Positions 50,934-63,754 are shown, counted from the stretch's first letter. The stretch: DNA of 64,000 bases from Octopus vulgaris (GCA_951406725.2 OX597815.1:124001-188000); one strand, 5' to 3'. Translations and numbers: made by a program. Notes: generated from the letters alone by a model not told the origin.

Positions 50934-51608
50934 CACACATGCATATACACTCACATGCTCATTCAGACAGACAAGTCACACACACGCACACACAACCTCA
51001 CATGATTATGTCTTATCATATTTCTATATATATTTTATAATCACAAAACACATGTGTATATGCATGTGTACACATGCACACACTTGCATTGAACCTCACA
51101 CACACTCTCTCTCTATCTCTCTCTTTCTCTCTCATGCACACACATACTTCATGCACATTCATTTACACATAAACAAACACATATAAACAAAATGCACATT
51201 GACACGCACATGTAAATATCACACACAAACAAACACATATATGTACACACACATACAAGAAAATTGTGCATTTACACACACACACACACATGCAGTTGCG
51301 CAGCTGGTTTTACATTCATGGCCAGATGTGTCAAATTTAAAATCTACAATTCTAAGGCAAGTCCATCCAATCCCTGCTACCCATTGTCTGTCTTTTACCT
51401 TCACATATTTTCCTCATAATTCTGTCTTTTTTTCTTTTATATTCCCATTTAACATTATGTCTTTTCATCATAATAATCCTGCTACACCCTTTTTCGTCTT
51501 CATATAATTCTATCATCTTACCCTTTTTCATTCTACATATAATCCCCTGTCATTCATTTATTTCTCTTCATTGTTATTGTCTTTTCCTTATTATCCCCCC
51601 ATGCAATT

Positions 51609-52982
51609 CATCATCATCATTTAACGTCCATTTTCCATGCTGGCATGGGTTGGATGGTTCGACTGGGGTCTGGGAAGCCAGGAGGCTGCACCAGGCTCCA
51701 TTCTGATCTGGCAAGGTTTCTACAGCTGGATGCCCTTCCTAGCGCCAACCACTCCGAGAGTGTAGTGGGTGCTTTTTATGTGCCACCAGCACAGGAGCCA
51801 GAGGAGCTTAGCAATGACCATGATCAGTTGGTGCTCTTTATGTGCCACTGGCACAGAAGCCAGTCAAGGTGGTGCTGGCATCAGCTACGTTCGGTTGGTG
51901 CTTTTTACACGCCACCAGCACGGGTATCACAACTACAATTTCCATTTGATTTTGATGTACTTGACTCAATAGGTCTCCTCAAGCACAGCATGTCCCCCTA
52001 TGAACCAAGGTACGTTTGAGTGGGCTGGGAATGGTTATGCGACACTGATGTAGGTTACAGCTGTGAACTCACTTTATTTGCCGGGTCTTTGCAGTCACAG
52101 CATATCTCCAGAGGTCTTAGTCTTTCATCATTGCCTCTGTGAGGCCCAACAGTTGACGGTCATGCTTGACCACCTTATCCCATGTCTTCCTGGGTCTACT
52201 TCTACCCTGGATCACTTCAACTGTTTGGGAGTGGCACTTCTTCACACAGCTCTCCTCATCCATTCGTAGTACATGACCATACCAACACAAACGTCTCTCT
52301 TGCACACCACATCCGATGCTTGTTACGTCTAACATTTCTCTAAGGGCGCTTACACTCTGTCGTGCATGGACACTGACATTACACATCCAGGGGATCATGC
52401 TAATTTCATTTCTTTTGAGCCTCTGCATGTCCTCTGCAGTCATGGCCCATGTTTCACTGCTGTGCAGCATGGCCGTTCGTACACATGCTTCGTACAATCT
52501 ACCTTTCACTCTGAGCAAGAGGCCCTTTGTCACCAGTTGGGGTAGAAGCTTTCTGAACTTTGCCCAGGCTATTCTTATTCTAGAGGCAATGCTCTCAGAA
52601 CATCCACCCCTGCTACAGACTTGGTCACCTAGGTAGCGGAAGCTATCAACTACTAGTTTCTCCCCCTGGCATGTGATGGAATCTGTTTTCTGAGCATCTG
52701 TGGTGTTTATTGCCCCTGTGCATCGGCTGCACACGAAAGTTGTCTTCCCGGTTAATTTTCCTTTGATATTGCTGCACCTCTTATGTGTCCATAGCTTACA
52801 CTGGGTACATCTTATGGAGTTTCTACCTACACCTTTACTACAGATTGAGCAGGGCCACCTCTCTGAAGCGGTGTGTGATGAGTTCGCCTTCCTACTAGAA
52901 CTTTGGTCTTTGGGTCTTTGCAACAGTGACTCTAAGGCCCTTGCTTCCACACCTGACATTTCTTCTCTAGTTCTGGTAGTAA
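51609..52982 (-). mobile_element. RTE LINE 3' part with PHD-type insert, 3' UTR and (GAT)n tail
   Basis: ORF 52117-52959 is contiguous with the 3'-UTR module, linking the short 'tail' repeats to this LINE. Confidence 0.92.
52117..52959 (-). CDS. RTE ORF fragment: PHD-type finger plus RT thumb and C-terminus (280 aa)
   Basis: WPCSICSKGVGRNSIRCTQCKLWTHKRC..VCSRC; DSFRYLG; SETW; LCWYGHVLRMDE; RPRKTW. Confidence 0.85.
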   Translation of the reverse strand: MSGVEARALESLLQRPKDQSSSRKANSSHTASERWPCSICSKGVGRNSIRCTQCKLWTHKRCSNIKGKLTGKTTFVCSRCTGAINTTDAQKTDSITCQGEKLVVDSFRYLGDQVCSRGGCSESIASRIRIAWAKFRKLLPQLVTKGLLLRVKGRLYEACVRTAMLHSSETWAMTAEDMQRLKRNEISMIPWMCNVSVHARQSVSALREMLDVTSIGCGVQERRLCWYGHVLRMDEESCVKKCHSQTVEVIQGRSRPRKTWDKVVKHDRQLLGLTEAMMKD

Positions 52983-54139
52983 TTTCTTCTACTTCTATCC
53001 CCAGTTTTCTTTCCCCTTATCTAATCAACCTTAATTGTCACCTCACATATGTCACTTTTACTCTGACACATTTCTCTCTCCTTATCATCTAACTTCAAAT
53101 ATCTTCTCTATTCACACCATTTCACTTAAACTTCTTCCCTACCCAACATTTTTTTCATATTTCTCTGTTACTTATGGAATAGTTAAATTGTTGTCAATAG
53201 CTCAAAACAATACTGCACTCTTTCTTTACTGAATTTATTTCTAAGTTGAAGCCCATGTGTCAAAATTATTTTGGAAGCAGCCATTTGACTCAATACCATC
53301 TATTTGCTTGTATTGAGTTCACTTAGGGCTGACAAAGCAAAGAACCTTATCATCATCATCATCATCATCATTGTCATTGTCATCTCATTAATGGTTTATT
53401 TCCATCTTTCATAAGTTGAAGGGTTCTGCAAATGGCTTTGGCTGTTATTTCTACCATCAGATCTTCCGTCTTATTGCTATGACCCATGCCACATTGGCTG
53501 TATTTATTATGACACCAGCAGTCAAGAGGTTGCTTTTTCAACTTGGAGGTTTGGGATATTTCTGTTGATTTTTAGCAGACATTAGGTGTCTTGAATAGAT
53601 GGGCTACCGTCACTGCAGATGAACCATCATAAAAAGTTAGTTGTTCCTGTGAGAGGAACTGAACTTGTGTGAAAGCACACACACTCATACATGTGTGTGT
53701 GTGTTTTGGTCCTTAAACAGCACCCTTCTAAAATACCCTCCTGGTCAGCAATTATACTTAAAAGGATAAAATTCAAGAATCTGAATGGTATTAGTAGAAG
53801 TTGTTTTTAGAAATGTGATAATAGTGAATAATAGTTTGTGACAGAGAAACCATTTCTGATATAGAAATCATGCCAAAGCCAGCACTGGAGCCCAACATAA
53901 CCCATCAGGTCCTGTCAAACTGTCCAACCCATGCTAGCAAGGAAAATGGATGTTAAATGGTGATGATGTGAGGACTGAAAACACAAACAAGTTCTATACC
54001 ACAGGAATTATTAGAAACCATAAAAATAACTATATCAATCATTGATTTTGGAGTTATTCTCCCCTCCCTCCATACATTGCTCCACCCCCTCTTTTTCTTT
54101 CAGTTTATTCAGAATTCCATCAGATTTTCAGTTTTTATA

Positions 54140-54451
54140 CAGGTGGCACGTAAAAAGCACCATCCGATCGTGGCCGTTGCCAGCCTTGTCTGGCCCCCAT
54201 GCCCGCGGCACGTAAAAAGCACCATCCGTCCGTGGCTGTTTGCCAGCCCCGTCTGGCACCTGTGCAGGTGGCACGTAAAAAGCACCCACTACACTCACGG
54301 AGTGGTTGGCGTTAGGAAGGGCATCCAGCCGTAGAAACACTGCCAGATCAGACTGGGCCTGGTGCAGCCTTCTGGCTTCCCAGACCCCAGTTGAACCGTC
54401 CAACCCATGCTAGCATGGAAAGCGGACGCTAAATGATGAATGATGATGATA
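54140..54451 (+). mobile_element. Young RTE 3'-UTR/tail copy
   Basis: Three exact GGCACGTAAAAAGCACC motifs; CpGs retained. Confidence 0.9.
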
Positions 54452-55426
54452 CTAAGAACTGAAATTTATACAATTCTAGAAAAAGATACCGTCCATCACA
54501 CCTTTTCCTTGCCTTCTCTAGGAATGATGGAAGAGGGTTCCTTCAGTTTCCTAGTCAGTTCTTAGAACTGGGGATAAGACGATGTCACATGGAGTTTCCT
54601 GAGCAGCAGTTGGTGGTGACTAGTAATCCTTGAGGTCTGCTGCTGCTGTTACTGCCTGAGCTATTCTTCCCCTTTCAGCTTCTCCAGCTCTTCTGGGGAG
54701 ACACCCCTTAAATCACCTTCATTATTGTATGTAGCAACTGAGATTTTTGCCCTGTACCACCAGTTGCAGGATCTAATGCGTTGGAGGACTGCATTGTGTC
54801 TGTTTCTAGAACTGGATGCCCTTCCTAATGCAGGCCATTTTACAGTGTGTCCTGGGTGCTTTTTTTTTCATGGCAGCAGAATTCATGATGCAATTTCTAA
54901 AACTAAGATCTCCTTCAACTAAGTGGGGCTACAGAAGATTGGGAGATAGCCTTGTAGTAGGGTATGAGAGGTTAAAGTGTGAGAGAAAAAGCCAGAATAG
55001 AATTGGTTTCCTGCTTCAAGAGAACTACATGGTTACATTATAGAAGAGAGGGTGGGCATGATCAGGATGAAGCTAGAATGCATGCACACACACGCACGTG
55101 TATATATATGTGTATCTCTGTTGGTGTTTGTGTGAGTTTGTATTTCCCTCATCTTTGCTGACTGTAAACAAAAAGTTCATTCAAATCGTATCATCTGTTT
55201 CCAGCTCCCTGCATAACTATGTCCAGATTGTTTGTTAGATTTGGGGATTATCACCTTGTTTAGAAACAGGTATGGGTTGGTGACAGGAAAAGCATCCAGT
55301 CCTAGAAAACAGACTTCAAAGAATTCTGCCTGAGTATCAAAAAGTGAATGAGGATGTTTTTATTTATTTTGTCAAGTTGTCATGCAGTGGGGCTTGCCTT
55401 TCCTCCAACTTAATTATTCAGTTGTG

Positions 55427-56955
55427 ATCATCATCATCGTCATTTAAGGGGCCACTTTCCATACTGGCATGGGTGGGATTGTTTGACTGAGGGCTGGCAA
55501 GCCAGGAGGCTGCACCAAGCTCCATTCTGATCTGGCAAGGTTTCTACAGCTGGATACCCTTCTTAATGCCAACCACTCTGAGAGTGTAGTGGGTGCTTTT
55601 TACGTGCCACTGGCATTGACCACACTTGAATGGTGCTTTTTACGTGCCAGTCAGGCCACAACTGTGATTGATCCAACAAGCCTTCTCAAGCACAGCATAT
55701 TGCCCGACGATTGATGGGTACTTTTAAACAGGCCAGTTATGTGACACTGGCACAATTATGTGACTTGGCTATGATCTCACTTGGCTTGCTCGGTCCTCTC
55801 AAGCACAGCATATCTCCAAAGGTCTCGGTCACTTGTCATTGCCTCTGTGAGGCACAACATTCGAAGGTTGTGTTTCACCACCTCATCCCAGGTCTTCCCG
55901 GGTCTACCTCTTCCACAGATTCCTTCCTCTGTTAGGGTGTGATACTTCACATAACTGTCCTCATCCATACACAACACATGACCACACCAGTGCAGTTGTC
56001 TCTCTTGCACACCACATCTGATACTTTTTAGGACCAACTTTTCTCTCAGGGTGCTTACACTCTGTCGTGCATGCACACTGACATTACATTACTAGCTTCG
56101 TTTCTTTTAAGCCTATGCATGTCCTCAGCAGTTGCAGCTCATATTTCACTGCCGTGTAGTATGGCTGTTCGCGCACATGCGTCATACAGTCTACCTTTCA
56201 CTCTGCGTGAGAGGCCCTTTGTTACCAGCAGAAGTAGGAGCTCCCTGAACTTTGCCCAGGCTCTTCTTATTCTAGCAGCTATGCTCTCATAGCATCCACC
56301 CCTGCTACTGACTAGGTCACCTAGGTAACAGAAGCTATCAACTATTTCTAGTTTTTCCTCCTGGCATGTGATGGAATCTGTTCTCTGCACATTTTCAGTG
56401 TTTATTGCTCCTGAGCATCTACCACATACAAAAACTATCTTCCCATTTAGCCTTCCTTTGATGTTGCTGCACATCTTATGTGTCCATAGCTTACACTGGG
56501 TACATCTTATGGAATTTCTACCTACACCTTTCCAACAGATTGAGCAGGGCCATCTACCTGAAGGGATTTGTGATTTGTCTGCCTTCCTACTTATTAAGAC
56601 TTTGGTATTTGCTAGATTAACTCTAAGGCCCTTCTATTCTAATCCTTTTTTCCACACCTGAAAATTTTCCTCTAGTTCTGATAGTGACTCAACTATTAGA
56701 GCAAGGTCATCAGCATAGAAGAGTTCCCAGGGGTAGCCTGTCTTGAATTCCTCTGTTATTGCCTGGAGGACTTTGATGAATAAGAGGGGGCTGAGGACTG
56801 ATCCATGTTGAACCCCTACTTTTACCTGGAATTCTTTACTATACTCATTGCCAACCCTCACCTTACTGATAGCATCCCTGTACATTGCTTGTACAGCTCT
56901 CACCAGCCACTCATCTATCCCTTGTTTCTGCATTGACCACCAGATAAGGGATCGG
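55427..56955 (-). mobile_element. RTE LINE from mid-RT to tail, with PHD-type insert
   Basis: GVQHGSVLSPLLF; FYADDL (56706-56717); PHD; FCYLG (56319-56327); GRGRPGKTW; tail. Confidence 0.92.
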
Positions 56956-58290
56956 ATCCCCGATCCCTTATCTGGCGGTGTAGGAATAAAACACATTGTC
57001 AGCGAGGTTCTGTGAGACAAACATAGGTATGTGTCCTGTTGTTTCTCCAGCTACATCTATGTTTTGATGCTGTTGTTTTCAGTGGAGACAATTTATTTCA
57101 GATCTGAACTTGCTTTGTTTGCAAGTCATGGAGACAAGATGAGGCCGAGTTATGTCCCTTGCCCAGTCACAACAAAATCCCATGAGTAAAGTTTCACATC
57201 ACAGATGGGTTACTAGTAACCCAGCATCTTAACCTCCCTGCTTTCTTTCAGACCCTAGACTCAAAATTGCTATGTTTGACACTTTATGGTTGAGTATCAA
57301 GTTTTGATACTTTATGTATTTGTCCCTCTACACTTTGGACTGCAGAGGCCCATGCATTCCCACCCACCACTGACTGTTGAGACCACAGACTAAGTCTTCA
57401 TCAGAGATCAATGGACTACGAAGACTTAATGTGAGAAAGAGAAGCAGAGGAGAATTGTTTTGCCATCAAATATTTTTACATACAGGCTAATAAAAACAAA
57501 AATCAGCAGAGTATATTAAATTGTATTTGGCGAAATTGTTTATAAAGTACTAAGTTATAGTTATTATGATGTTGGTAGTGATGGTGATGATGATTATAAT
57601 GTGTGTAAGAATTAATCTATATTTTAAAAGCTTTAAGTTGATTGTAAAAAGTGAAATGATTGATTGATTGATTGATTGATTCTAGTTTCAGCTTATGAGC
57701 TGTGGCCATGCTGGGGCACCGCCATTTGGTGTTGCTACTTGGTTTCACTTCATGGAGGCTTTCTAGCAACTGCTATTTGGTGCATGAGAGAGTTGTCTAA
57801 TTTTTTTCACAGTAGAAGTTTCTAGAAATTATAGTAACAAGATAATTAAAATTTTAAGAAATATAAAAACATTCAAAAAACAAGAAAAAATTTTAAAATA
57901 TTTTATAGTTTAATTTTGTTGGTGAATCAATTTAAGAGACTCATCAACCTAACTTGAAATAAAGACAATCAACAGAAAAGTTGTTTCATTATATTTTTGT
58001 CAAACCTAAATGGAAATGAAATTTTTTTTTAATGAACAATGGCAGCATACTGGAAGTAGTTGAACTGACTTTGTTTTCCATCTCTTTCTTGGGGCTGAAA
58101 AAAATAAAATACCAGATGTACATTAGGGTTGAATTCAATTTTGTCGTGGGAACAGTCTAGATTTACTTTCGGCTGTGTTTTTACCAGAAACAATGTATCA
58201 AGTCATCCAGAGATGTTAGCTTTAAACAGACAAGGTGAATGAGACAGAGAGAGAGAGAGAGAGAGAGGTGGGGTGTTTATTCCTAACTCT

Positions 58291-58361
58291 TTACAACCCC
58301 TAAACCCTTACAACCCCTGAACCCTTACAGCCCCTGTACCTTTATAGCCTCTGAACCCTTA
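58291..58361. repeat. 17-bp minisatellite x4
   Basis: TTACAACCCCTRAACCC-type units. Confidence 0.85.
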
Positions 58362-58384
58362 CTGAATTTAAACAAAGAATTCAA

Positions 58385-58600
58385 ATCATCATCATCTTTT
58401 AATGCTGCCTCTTCCATGCTGGCTTGGGTTGGATGGTTTGACAGCATCCAATGAGCCAGAGGCCTGCATTGAGCCCTACTGTCTGTTTTGGTATGGTTTT
58501 TGTGGTTGAGTACCCTTCCCAATGCTAATCATTTTACAGAGTGAACTGGGTGATGTTTCCAAGACACTGATGCAGGTAGGGTTGCCTAGCAACTTGCAAG
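58385..58600 (-). mobile_element. Diverged RTE tail copy
   Basis: (CAT)n..TTCCATGCTGGCTTGGGTTGGATGG..TACCCTTCCCAATGC. Confidence 0.6.
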
Positions 58601-58951
58601 ATAAAGAAAAAAAGCCTTCAACTAAGTGGGGGAGTGTAGTTGAGGAAGAGGTGGTTTTATGCCAGCTGTTGAGAGGTTAAAGTATGATAGAGGGACAGGT
58701 GACAGGTGTCCTGCTTTGGAGGATATATATGGCCACCCTGTTTTATATAAGGATGGGTGGGAGTAGGTGGAAAGAAGATGAAGATGGTGGTGATGAGGTG
58801 TCAGAGTGTACTCTCAAAGTTCAATAAAGTGAGTACCAGAGAGAGAATATGGACAAAGAATGAGGAAGGGTGAGGGGATAAGTTTACAAGCGTGTGAGAG
58901 GGGAGTGAGTGATTAGAGATGGGAGTAGAGGTGAATGTACTAAATGTTAAC

Positions 58952-59393
58952 TATGGGAAGTCAATGGGAAATAGAGTTTGGGAACAAGGTGAAAGAGATA
59001 TGAATAGGTGAGGAAGGAAGGGGTGAGAGCTGATGTATAATAGAACTGTGGGAAATATAGAGTTTGGGAACAAGGTGAAAGAGATATGAATAGGTGAGGA
59101 AGGAAGGGGTGAGAGCTGAATTATGGGTAGTCAATGGGAAATATAGTGTTTGGGAACAAGGTGAAAGAGATATGAATAGGTGAGGAAGGAAGGGGTGAGA
59201 GCTGAATTATGGGTAGTCAATGGGAAATATAGTGTTTGGGAACAAGGTGAAAGAGATATGAATAGGTGAGGAAGGAAAGGGTGAGAGCTGAATTATGGGT
59301 AGTCAATGGGAAATATAGAGTTTGGGAACGAGGTGAAAGAAATATGAATAGGTGAGGAAGGAAGGGGTGAGAGCTGAAGTATAATAGAACTGT
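58952..59393. repeat. 86-bp tandem repeat x5
   Basis: GGAACRAGGTGAAAGA anchor at 58981, 59067, 59153, 59239, 59325. Confidence 0.95.
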
Positions 59394-59805
59394 AAACAGA
59401 TGAGAAAAACAGAGCTTATGTGTGGAGAGACGGAGGTGAGAGAGAGACGGAGGTTAGTAGTATGTAGGAGTTGGTTTAAAGACAAACAAATGTTGGGTGG
59501 CATTGATGGTAGATATGGAAGGATGTTAAGGATGTCCTAAGATGTAGCTCAAGGGAAAGACAGCTGGTGGTACAGAAGGATGGATGTTAAGAGAAATAGT
59601 TCCAAGGAGAGTGAGAGGGATCACTTGTAGGACAAATGTATGTGGTTCTACTCTCATATAGTGACAGCAGTGGAGATACTTTCACTTTCATTTGTAAAAT
59701 AGGATTTATTTAATCAAATGTAGCCCAGCCCTCAAAAACATTTAGGCTGATACTTGCTAAAAAATAAAATGCATTTCTTTGCCAGAGACTTAGAAAAATT
59801 AGTCT

Positions 59806-60096
59806 TTAACCGTTTCGATACCAACCCAGCTGAAACTGCCCCTGGTCCTGTATTACAAATATCTTGTTTTCATAAGTTTTTAATTAAAATCTTCCACCAA
59901 ACCTTAGTCACAATTTGTTCCTAACACCAGCTGAATAATAACTAAGTTATTTTGCTCAGCCATCTGGTTCACCAGACCTCAGTCAAATCATCCAACCCAT
60001 GCTAGCATGGAAAGCAGACATTAAACGATGATGATTTAAAATTAATTGAAAGAAACACAGAGCATCTCAAAATAAATACGGTAGCAAAAGGGTTAA
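59806..60096. mobile_element. piggyBac-type MITE with nested RTE tail (about 59957-60035)
   Basis: TTAA-CCGTTTCGATACC...GGTAGCAAAAGGG-TTAA. Confidence 0.75.
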
Positions 60097-60469
60097 GGAG
60101 GTGTCTCCAACTTTAGCAAATCCTCCCAGTTTAGTGTGATTGTTAGGGCTGTTGTACAACTTCTGATGGGGAAACATGATGTAAAGTGGTGGTGGTGGTG
60201 GTGGGGGTTAGAATGATGAATATTGACATAATTTCTAAAGACACTTAAGGAGATGTGTATGTGTGTGTGTAGGGGTCAGATCTAGTTCACCTTCAGGAAA
60301 TAGCTTTTGTTAATTCATTTAAATGTAATTAGGGTGGGAGTTGGGTTTAAGCTTGAACATGGAGAAAATATTGCAAGGGACAAATGTCAAGTGATGCAAA
60401 TCAATATGAGCTGCGAATAATAGCAGCCAAATAGCCCAGAAATAACACTGCCGTCTTAAAAAGTGAAGG

Positions 60470-60633
60470 ATATCACCATCACTACCAGCATCATCCTCAT
60501 TATCACTACCTTCACAGTGAACATATTCACCATCATCATCACCATCACTCACCACTATCCAGCACAAACATCTCTACCACCACCACCACCACCACCATCA
60601 ACATCGTCACCACACCATTGCTGCTACCATCAC

Positions 60634-60665
<32 letters not shown>

Positions 60666-60755
60666 CCACCACCACTACCATCACCACCATCATCATCCTC
60701 ATCATAATCATCATCATTATACTCCCCAACACTACCACCACCACCACCACCACTA
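60470..60755. repeat. Compound (CAC)n/(CAT)n microsatellite
   Basis: Direct reading. Confidence 0.9.
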
Positions 60756-61087
60756 TAATTTGTTATCAGTTACTCAATTCAAGATTAAAGTTTATCAACA
60801 TTTATTGATTAGACTTCATTGATTAGAAATATTGTGTTTTTATATAGGAATCATATCATATGATAGTTAATGTAGCTTATTGAATTGAGGAAATTATTAT
60901 TATTATTATCATTATCATCTTTCAATTTTGTTTCCATTTTTTGCCAAGTATATTCCTGACACCTAGGGCAGAGAAACTCACTTTATACATTGGTAGAGTA
61001 CACTCACACGTCCATACTGAGTTTAGACAAAGAATTCAAGTCATCATCATCATTTAATGCCTGTCTTCCATACTGGCATGAGTTATT

Positions 61088-61576
61088 AAGTCCAGTATAC
61101 CCATCTGATAAGGGTACACCAGGCACATGCATCACAACCATATGTATGCAACATGGTGATCTCATCAAGATAAACAACACATGACCTTGCAGGTGGGGCC
61201 CAGTTAGAATTTTCTTTTAGTCGAGTAACCCATCCCGCTCAGAAGGTCCCTGAATAAGGGTTGTTTAAGGATGTTGAACAAAACACCCACGCCTCCAGAG
61301 GTGGATTATTCAAACCCCAAAGAGCTCCTCTCAGCACATGGCTATGATGCTCCCCCACTACTTGTGCTCGTGATCAGTGATGCACATATCGTCAGCCACT
61401 GAGGAACATGGTCAACTGGTTAAGGTCAAACAACTGACAAGCAAATCTGTGGTATTGAGCAGAATATTTGCTGTAGCCCATCTTTTATACGAAGACAAAA
61501 CAATGTACATTTTAACACTTCTAATCAGTTAAGATCAGAAGCCATGGGAGCCACTGCCTGATACTACACAGGGCAT
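61088..61576 (-). mobile_element. Family C element, 3'-clipped
   Basis: Reverse complement of 12654-13160; ends ...CAGGGCAT+(TTA)n. Confidence 0.85.
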
Positions 61577-61605
61577 TTATTATTATTACTATTATTATTA
61601 TTATT

Positions 61606-62159
61606 GTGCGAGAGAGCAGTGCATGCCATCAAATTGACACTGGGGTAAAATATACAAAGCCCAATATACCCATCATGACTACCCGTCTGATAAAGGTACA
61701 CCAGGCACCTGCATCACAACCATATGTGCGCGACATGGTGATCTCATATCAAGATAAACAGCACATGACCTTGCAGGTGGGGCCCAGTTAGAATTTTCTT
61801 CAGGTTGAGTAGCCCATCCCGCTCAAACGGTCCCTGAATAAGGGTTGTTTAAGGATGTTGAATGAAGCACCCATGTTTCCAGAGGTGAACTATTCAAACC
61901 CCAAAGAATCCCTCTCAACACATGGCTATGATGCTCCCCCACTACTTCTGCTCGTGATCAGAGATGCACATATCGTCAGCCACTAAGGGACATGCTCAAC
62001 TGGTTATGGACAAACAACTGACAAGCAAATCTGTGGTATTGAGCAGAATATTTGCTGTAGCCCATCTTTTATACCAAGACAAAACAATGTACATGATAAC
62101 ACTTCCAATCAGTTAAGATCAGAAGCCATGAACCACTGTCTGTCACTGCATCAGGGCAT
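61606..62159 (-). mobile_element. Family C element, full length
   Basis: Near-identical reverse complement of 12654-13209; (TTA)n on both sides. Confidence 0.9.
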
Positions 62160-62173
62160 TTTATTATTGTTAC

Positions 62174-62236
<63 letters not shown>

Positions 62237-62455
62237 GATGGAGAGCTGGCAGAATCATTACCAGAAGAAATGTTTAGTAGCATTTGCTCCCTCTTTATGT
62301 TTTGAGTTAAAATTCTGCTGAGGTCGACTTTACTTTTTATCCTTTTGGGATCAATAAAATAAGTGCCAGTGAAGTACGGGGATCGATGTAATCAACTTTA
62401 CCCTCCTCTCAAAAACTGTAGGTCCTCTACCAAAATTTGAGACCCTTATTGTTGT
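62237..62455 (+). mobile_element. SINE with Nin/Deu-like core
   Basis: GAGCTGGCAGAATCATTA..TGAGTTAAAATTC..GAGGTCGACTTTACTTTTTATCCTTTTGGGATCAATAAAATAAGT. Confidence 0.7.
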
Positions 62456-62519
62456 TCTTATGGCATCCTTTCATTCAAGTGTAACTCTATGCTCAGTGTT
62501 TTGCTCAGTAGTTTGAGCA

Positions 62520-63298
62520 GATAGTAGTAGTGAGACATGGTTATGGTTGCAGAAAGGAAGGCTGAAAAGGGAGATAGAAAGTTTGTTAGTAACAGCACAA
62601 GATCAAGCATTGAGGACTAATTGGATAAAAGCCAAGATAGACAAAAACCAAGTAGATTCCCAATGTAGGTTATGCAAATCAAAAGAGGAATGTGTTACTT
62701 ATATAGTAAGTGAATGTAGCATGCTGACATAGAAAGAGTACAAGAAAAGACATGACAACCTAGGGAGAGTAATCCAGTGGGAGTTATATAGAAAGCTAGG
62801 ATTTGACTAACTGATAAATGGTATGAACATGAACCTAGTAAAGTACTAGAAAGTAAGAAGTATAAGACATTGTGAGACTTTAACATTCACATTGACAAAG
62901 TAATAGAAGCTAGAAGGCCTGATCTAGTAGTTGTAGATAAAGAGAATAGAAAGTGCCTGATAATTGACTTTACAGTCCCAAATGATGAAAAAAAATCAAT
63001 ATGAGAGGTATAGAAAAGAAATAATACCAGGACCTAGCTTTTGAATTACAGAGACTATGGAAAGTGCAGGTAAAATGTATCCCAGTAGTTATAGGGGCAT
63101 TGGGAACTATCCCTAAAGATTTGAACAGATGGACAGAGGAAATAGGCATAAAACCCAGTTTAGTACAGCCCCAGAAAAGAGTGTTATTAGGGACAGCTAT
63201 GATACATAGGAGGGTCCTTGGCATCTAAGGTTCCTTGTTGTAGTCAGATGTTAGGAATTTTTATTTTCCAACTAGAGTCTGTTGTGAATGTATGAATA

Positions 63299-63352
<54 letters not shown>
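62520..63352 (+). mobile_element. Dong/R4-type LINE 3' part
   Basis: AQDQALRTNW..CRLCKSKEECVTYIVSEC; RHD; RPDLVVVD; IPVVIGALG; (AAT)n tail. Confidence 0.88.
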
Positions 63353-63360
<8 letters not shown>

Positions 63361-63361
<1 letters not shown>

Positions 63362-63752
63362 TAAACAAACTAAACAAACTATGCTGGATCATAGATATAG
63401 CATGCCCAGCTGACAACAAGGTAAGCGATAAGGAAGAATGAAAAGTCGAGAGATATGACAGGTTAGCTTGGGAAGTTAAGCAGTTGAAGTCAATGAAAAG
63501 GTAGCAGTAGTACCAATAATTGTCAGAGCCCTGGGAACAGTGAGCAAAAATCTCAAGAAGTACGTGGAACAAATAAGGGCTGCAATAAGGGTGGAGCACT
63601 TGCAGAAAACAGCACTACTTGGAACTGTTCGAATACTCTGGAAGGTACTTGAAAAATAAGAGGTGTTACCTTAGTTCACTGGTAGTGAACAGCTGACACT
63701 GTAGTACATCTCCAGTGTTAGAAGCTGTGCAAAGGTAATGACAATAATAATA
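63361..63752 (+). mobile_element. Dong-type 3' fragment (same family as 39496-40925)
   Basis: CWIIDIACPADNKV; EHLQKTALLGTVRIL; shared 3' UTR; (AAT)n flanks. Confidence 0.85.
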
Positions 63753-63754
63753 AT

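Noticed and set aside
54144-54286. 17-nt repeats with ~45-nt spacers as a CRISPR array
   Set aside because: Spacers are homologous to each other and the block is an RTE 3' UTR.
58952-59393. CRISPR-like repeat/spacer appearance
   Set aside because: Constant block about 70 nt, only two linker types both derived from the flanks, no cas genes, eukaryotic context.
60463-60822. Poly-His/Pro ORF of 119 aa
   Set aside because: Translation of a (CAC)/(CAT) microsatellite.
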